Below, piece after piece: positions 22,831 to 24,038 of a stretch of DNA of 24,038 bases; positions within the stretch are counted from its first letter, which is position 1; each line of letters starts with the position of its first letter. The stretch comes from a virus (taxonomy: Duplodnaviria > Caudoviricetes), in IMG/VR virus record IMGVR_UViG_3300032269_000110, positions 1-24,038 of that record; one strand, written 5' to 3'. The position numbers and the translations under genes are program-made. Under the pieces are notes generated by a model. The model did no database searches, had not been told where the DNA came from, and saw only the letters and a program-made list of their open reading frames with translations.

Positions 22831-24038
22831 TGGCTGATCCAACCGGAATGGTCGCAGTAGCCAATGTGGCTGCTGGCGGCAAACCACCTAAGTCTGACTC
22901 AGACATTTTGACAACCGCCCGTGCACGGTTGGACATGGCCGTTTCTGCGTTGGCTGAAAGCCGCGAAGATGAGATTGACGATCTGCGCTTTTATGCTGGT
23001 TCACCTGACAATCACTGGCAGTGGCCTGCTGACGTTCTTGCCACTCGCGGCGCGGTGCAAGGTCAGACCATCAACGCACGCCCGACACTGACGATTAACA
23101 AACTGCCGCAGCACGTTCGTCAAGTGACGAATGACATGCGTCAGAATCGCCCAGGTGCTAAAGTCATTCCAGTTGATGATAACGCTGACGTGGAAGTGGC
23201 CGACATTTTCAACGGCATGATTCGCCACATTGAGTACATCTCTGACGCTGACGTGGCATACGACACGGCCTGCGAGAATCAAGTGTCCTACGGCGAAGGC
23301 TACATCACCCTGATGACTGAGTATTGTGACGAGAACACATTCGATCAGGACATCAAGATTGGCCGTATTCGCAACAGCTTCTCGGTCTACATGGATCCTC
23401 TGATCCAAGACCCGACTGGTGCAGACGCCAAGTATTGCTTTATCACCGAAGACCTAACCAAAGCAGAATACGAGCGCCAGTATCCTGATGCAGCTCCTAT
23501 CTCTACCTTGCAGTCCCTTGGTGTGGGCGATCAGTCTATCAGCAACTGGCTGAACGAAGACACAGTGCGTATCGCGGGTTACTACTACATTGAATACGAC
23601 AAGACAACGCTGAATTTGTACCCAGGCAATCAAACAGCCTTTGAAGGCACGCCTGAAGACAAGATGTTGAAAGACATGTTTGGCAAACCAGTCAACAAAC
23701 GTGTAGCCGAGCGCCCACGGGTCAAGTATTGCAAGATCAACGGCTACGAAATTCTTGAATCAAAAGAGTGGGCGGGCAAATGGATCCCTGTGATCCGTGT
23801 TGTTGGTAACGAATTTGAAGTCGATGGCCGGTTGTACGTGTCTGGCTTGGTGCGAAACGCCAAGGATGCCCAGCGCATGTACAACTATTGGGTTTCACAA
23901 GAAGCCGAGATGCTGGCCTTGGCGCCAAAAGCGCCATTTATTGGCTACGGTGGCCAGTTTGAGGGCTACGAAGACAAATGGAAAACTGCTAACACAAACA
24001 ACTGGCCATATCTTGAGGTCAATCCTGACGTTACAGAC
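22830..24038 (+). CDS. Portal protein, P22-like (partial, runs off window; not in ORF track)
   Basis: Open frame MADPTG...DDLRFYAG...QWP...RPTLTINKLPQHVRQVTNDMRQNRP...GEGY...GLVRNAKDAQRMYNYW; follows terL. Confidence 0.92.
   Translation, partial: MADPTGMVAVANVAAGGKPPKSDSDILTTARARLDMAVSALAESREDEIDDLRFYAGSPDNHWQWPADVLATRGAVQGQTINARPTLTINKLPQHVRQVTNDMRQNRPGAKVIPVDDNADVEVADIFNGMIRHIEYISDADVAYDTACENQVSYGEGYITLMTEYCDENTFDQDIKIGRIRNSFSVYMDPLIQDPTGADAKYCFITEDLTKAEYERQYPDAAPISTLQSLGVGDQSISNWLNEDTVRIAGYYYIEYDKTTLNLYPGNQTAFEGTPEDKMLKDMFGKPVNKRVAERPRVKYCKINGYEILESKEWAGKWIPVIRVVGNEFEVDGRLYVSGLVRNAKDAQRMYNYWVSQEAEMLALAPKAPFIGYGGQFEGYEDKWKTANTNNWPYLEVNPDVTD

Larger units (their letters stand above)
1..24038. 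mobile_element. Tailed bacteriophage genome segment (P22/APSE-like podovirus organisation)
   Basis: Contains terminase, P22-like portal, ejection proteins, holin/endolysin and an APSE-like replication set (PolA, Cas4-like nuclease, VRR-NUC, SNF2, primase). Genes are densely packed with ATGA/TAATG overlaps. No bacterial housekeeping genes. Confidence 0.97.

Noticed and set aside
23001-23937. Minus-strand ORFs 23001-23408 and 23737-23937
   Set aside because: Antisense to the portal gene, which the ORF track missed because it has no stop inside the window.
1-24038. Integrase, att site, reverse transcriptase/DGR, alternative genetic code
   Set aside because: No such motifs were seen, and all core genes read through intact in the standard code.

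Overview
This window is about 24 kb of a tailed dsDNA bacteriophage with a P22/APSE-like podovirus layout, read in the standard genetic code. No host chromosomal genes, integrase, CI-like repressor, tRNA or CRISPR array were seen. Order of modules: (1) end of the virion operon, with a cupin-like protein and three internal/ejection (DNA-transfer) proteins; (2) lysis region with small membrane proteins, a 3TM holin and an M15 peptidase endolysin; (3) a HEXXH protein, a metallophosphoesterase and a 47-aa membrane peptide; (4) a leftward operon with VRR-NUC nuclease, SNF2 helicase and small coupled ORFs; (5) overlapping divergent sigma70-like promoters; (6) a rightward replication operon with Cas4-like exonuclease, putative SSB, family A DNA polymerase and primase-SF3 helicase; (7) a leftward early operon of about 12 tiny, often acidic ORFs; (8) a 670-bp non-coding region with 10-bp iteron-like repeats; (9) terS, an inserted gene, terL, two small basic proteins and a truncated P22-like portal. 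Several credible small genes are missing from the supplied ORF track and are added here. The strongest leads are three. First, the gene between terS and terL looks like a colicin-M-fold enzyme (DxYDFN). Second, its N-terminus shares a 13-residue N-x-L-x-P-x5-N-x-L motif with the C-terminus of the largest ejection protein, suggesting a virion cargo-loading signal. Third, a compact pseudoknotted RNA lies between the SSB and polymerase genes. All family assignments come from motif recognition by eye; no searches were run.
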